A DNA stretch of 62,990 bases, counting the filler, from Octopus bimaculoides (taxonomy: Eukaryota): the NCBI RefSeq assembly GCF_001194135.2. It is 4 parts of 4 records of this genome, joined end to end, with 100 filler letters (N's around TTAATTAATTAA, not from the genome) between each part and the next. Parts side by side here need not be neighbours in the genome. Positions count along the whole stretch, not along the records: positions 59,834 to 62,990 come from NC_068984.1; 3 more parts are not named here. One strand, given 5' to 3'. Both the position numbers and the translations under genes were made by a program. The notes under the pieces are model-generated. The model did no database searches and had not been told where the DNA came from. It saw only the letters and a program-made list of their open reading frames with translations. Positions 62,590 through 62,990 of the stretch are shown here, in pieces. Numbering within the stretch: the first letter of the stretch is position 1; every line of letters begins with the position of its first letter.

Positions 62590-62990
62590 CTCGAGATATT
62601 TCGTGTTGCAAGACAGTGTAGGATAGAGAATAGTGATGTCGTAGGAGAGAAATGTGTTCGTATGCTTGCACTAAATGAGGCTACAAAGAAAGAGGTCTGG
62701 AGATGCCACTACGATAGATTGCTTAATAAAGAGAATGAATGGGAGAAAGAGAGCCTGCCGTATGTCGACCCAACAGAGGGTCCAGCTATCCGAGTTGACA
62801 GTACCAGGATAGATAAAACAATTAAGAGTATGAAGACAGGGAAAGCCCCCGGCCCATCAGGAATCACTGCAGAGATGCTCAAAATATCTGGCAGTGTTGG
62901 CTACAGCCTAGTCACCCATATTACGAACCAGGTGATACACGAAGGAGTCATACCCAATGACTGGTGTAGCAGCACCATAGTCAACTGCTA
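62590..62990 (+). mobile_element. RTE-clade LINE ORF2 fragment (pre-RT region), runs off the window
   Basis: Open frame EIFRVARQC...WRCHYDRLLNKENEW...IKSMKTGKAPGPSGITAEMLK...IPNDWCSSTIVNCY. Confidence 0.92.

Noticed and set aside
1-62990. CRISPR arrays, rRNA, or prokaryotic operon and defence systems
   Set aside because: No regularly spaced repeat-spacer array or rRNA-like sequence; the window is eukaryotic, with spliceosomal introns and SINEs.

Overview
AT-rich, microsatellite-dense animal genomic scaffold with many N gaps. It is most likely an octopod cephalopod; this is inferred from the tRNA-derived SINE families, not proven. Only two host genes are well supported. (1) An intact, intronless glutathione S-transferase zeta / maleylacetoacetate isomerase (GSTZ1) ORF on the minus strand at 29744-30367. 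(2) Part of a plus-strand leucine-rich-repeat gene: three 72-nt phase 2-2 LRR exons (46845-46916, 49066-49137, 51403-51474), a dead 71-nt LRR pseudo-exon (50354-50424) and an orphan intron cassette near 43.7 kb. Together these suggest birth and death of LRR exon cassettes inside microsatellite scaffolds. The rest is repeats: many SINEs, Penelope-like GIY-YIG remnants of three apparent types, a Helitron remnant, an internally deleted Gypsy element, Tc1 and mariner remnants, an L1/Tx1-like ORF1 remnant, an RTE LINE, MITEs and foldbacks. Two palindromic elements are built from head-to-head telomere-like TTAGGG/CCCTAA repeats. Nearly all ORFs in the supplied track are microsatellite, N-gap or antisense artefacts. 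All alignments and translations were done by eye with no database searches. Repeat boundaries are approximate; LRR exon and GSTZ1 boundaries were counted exactly.
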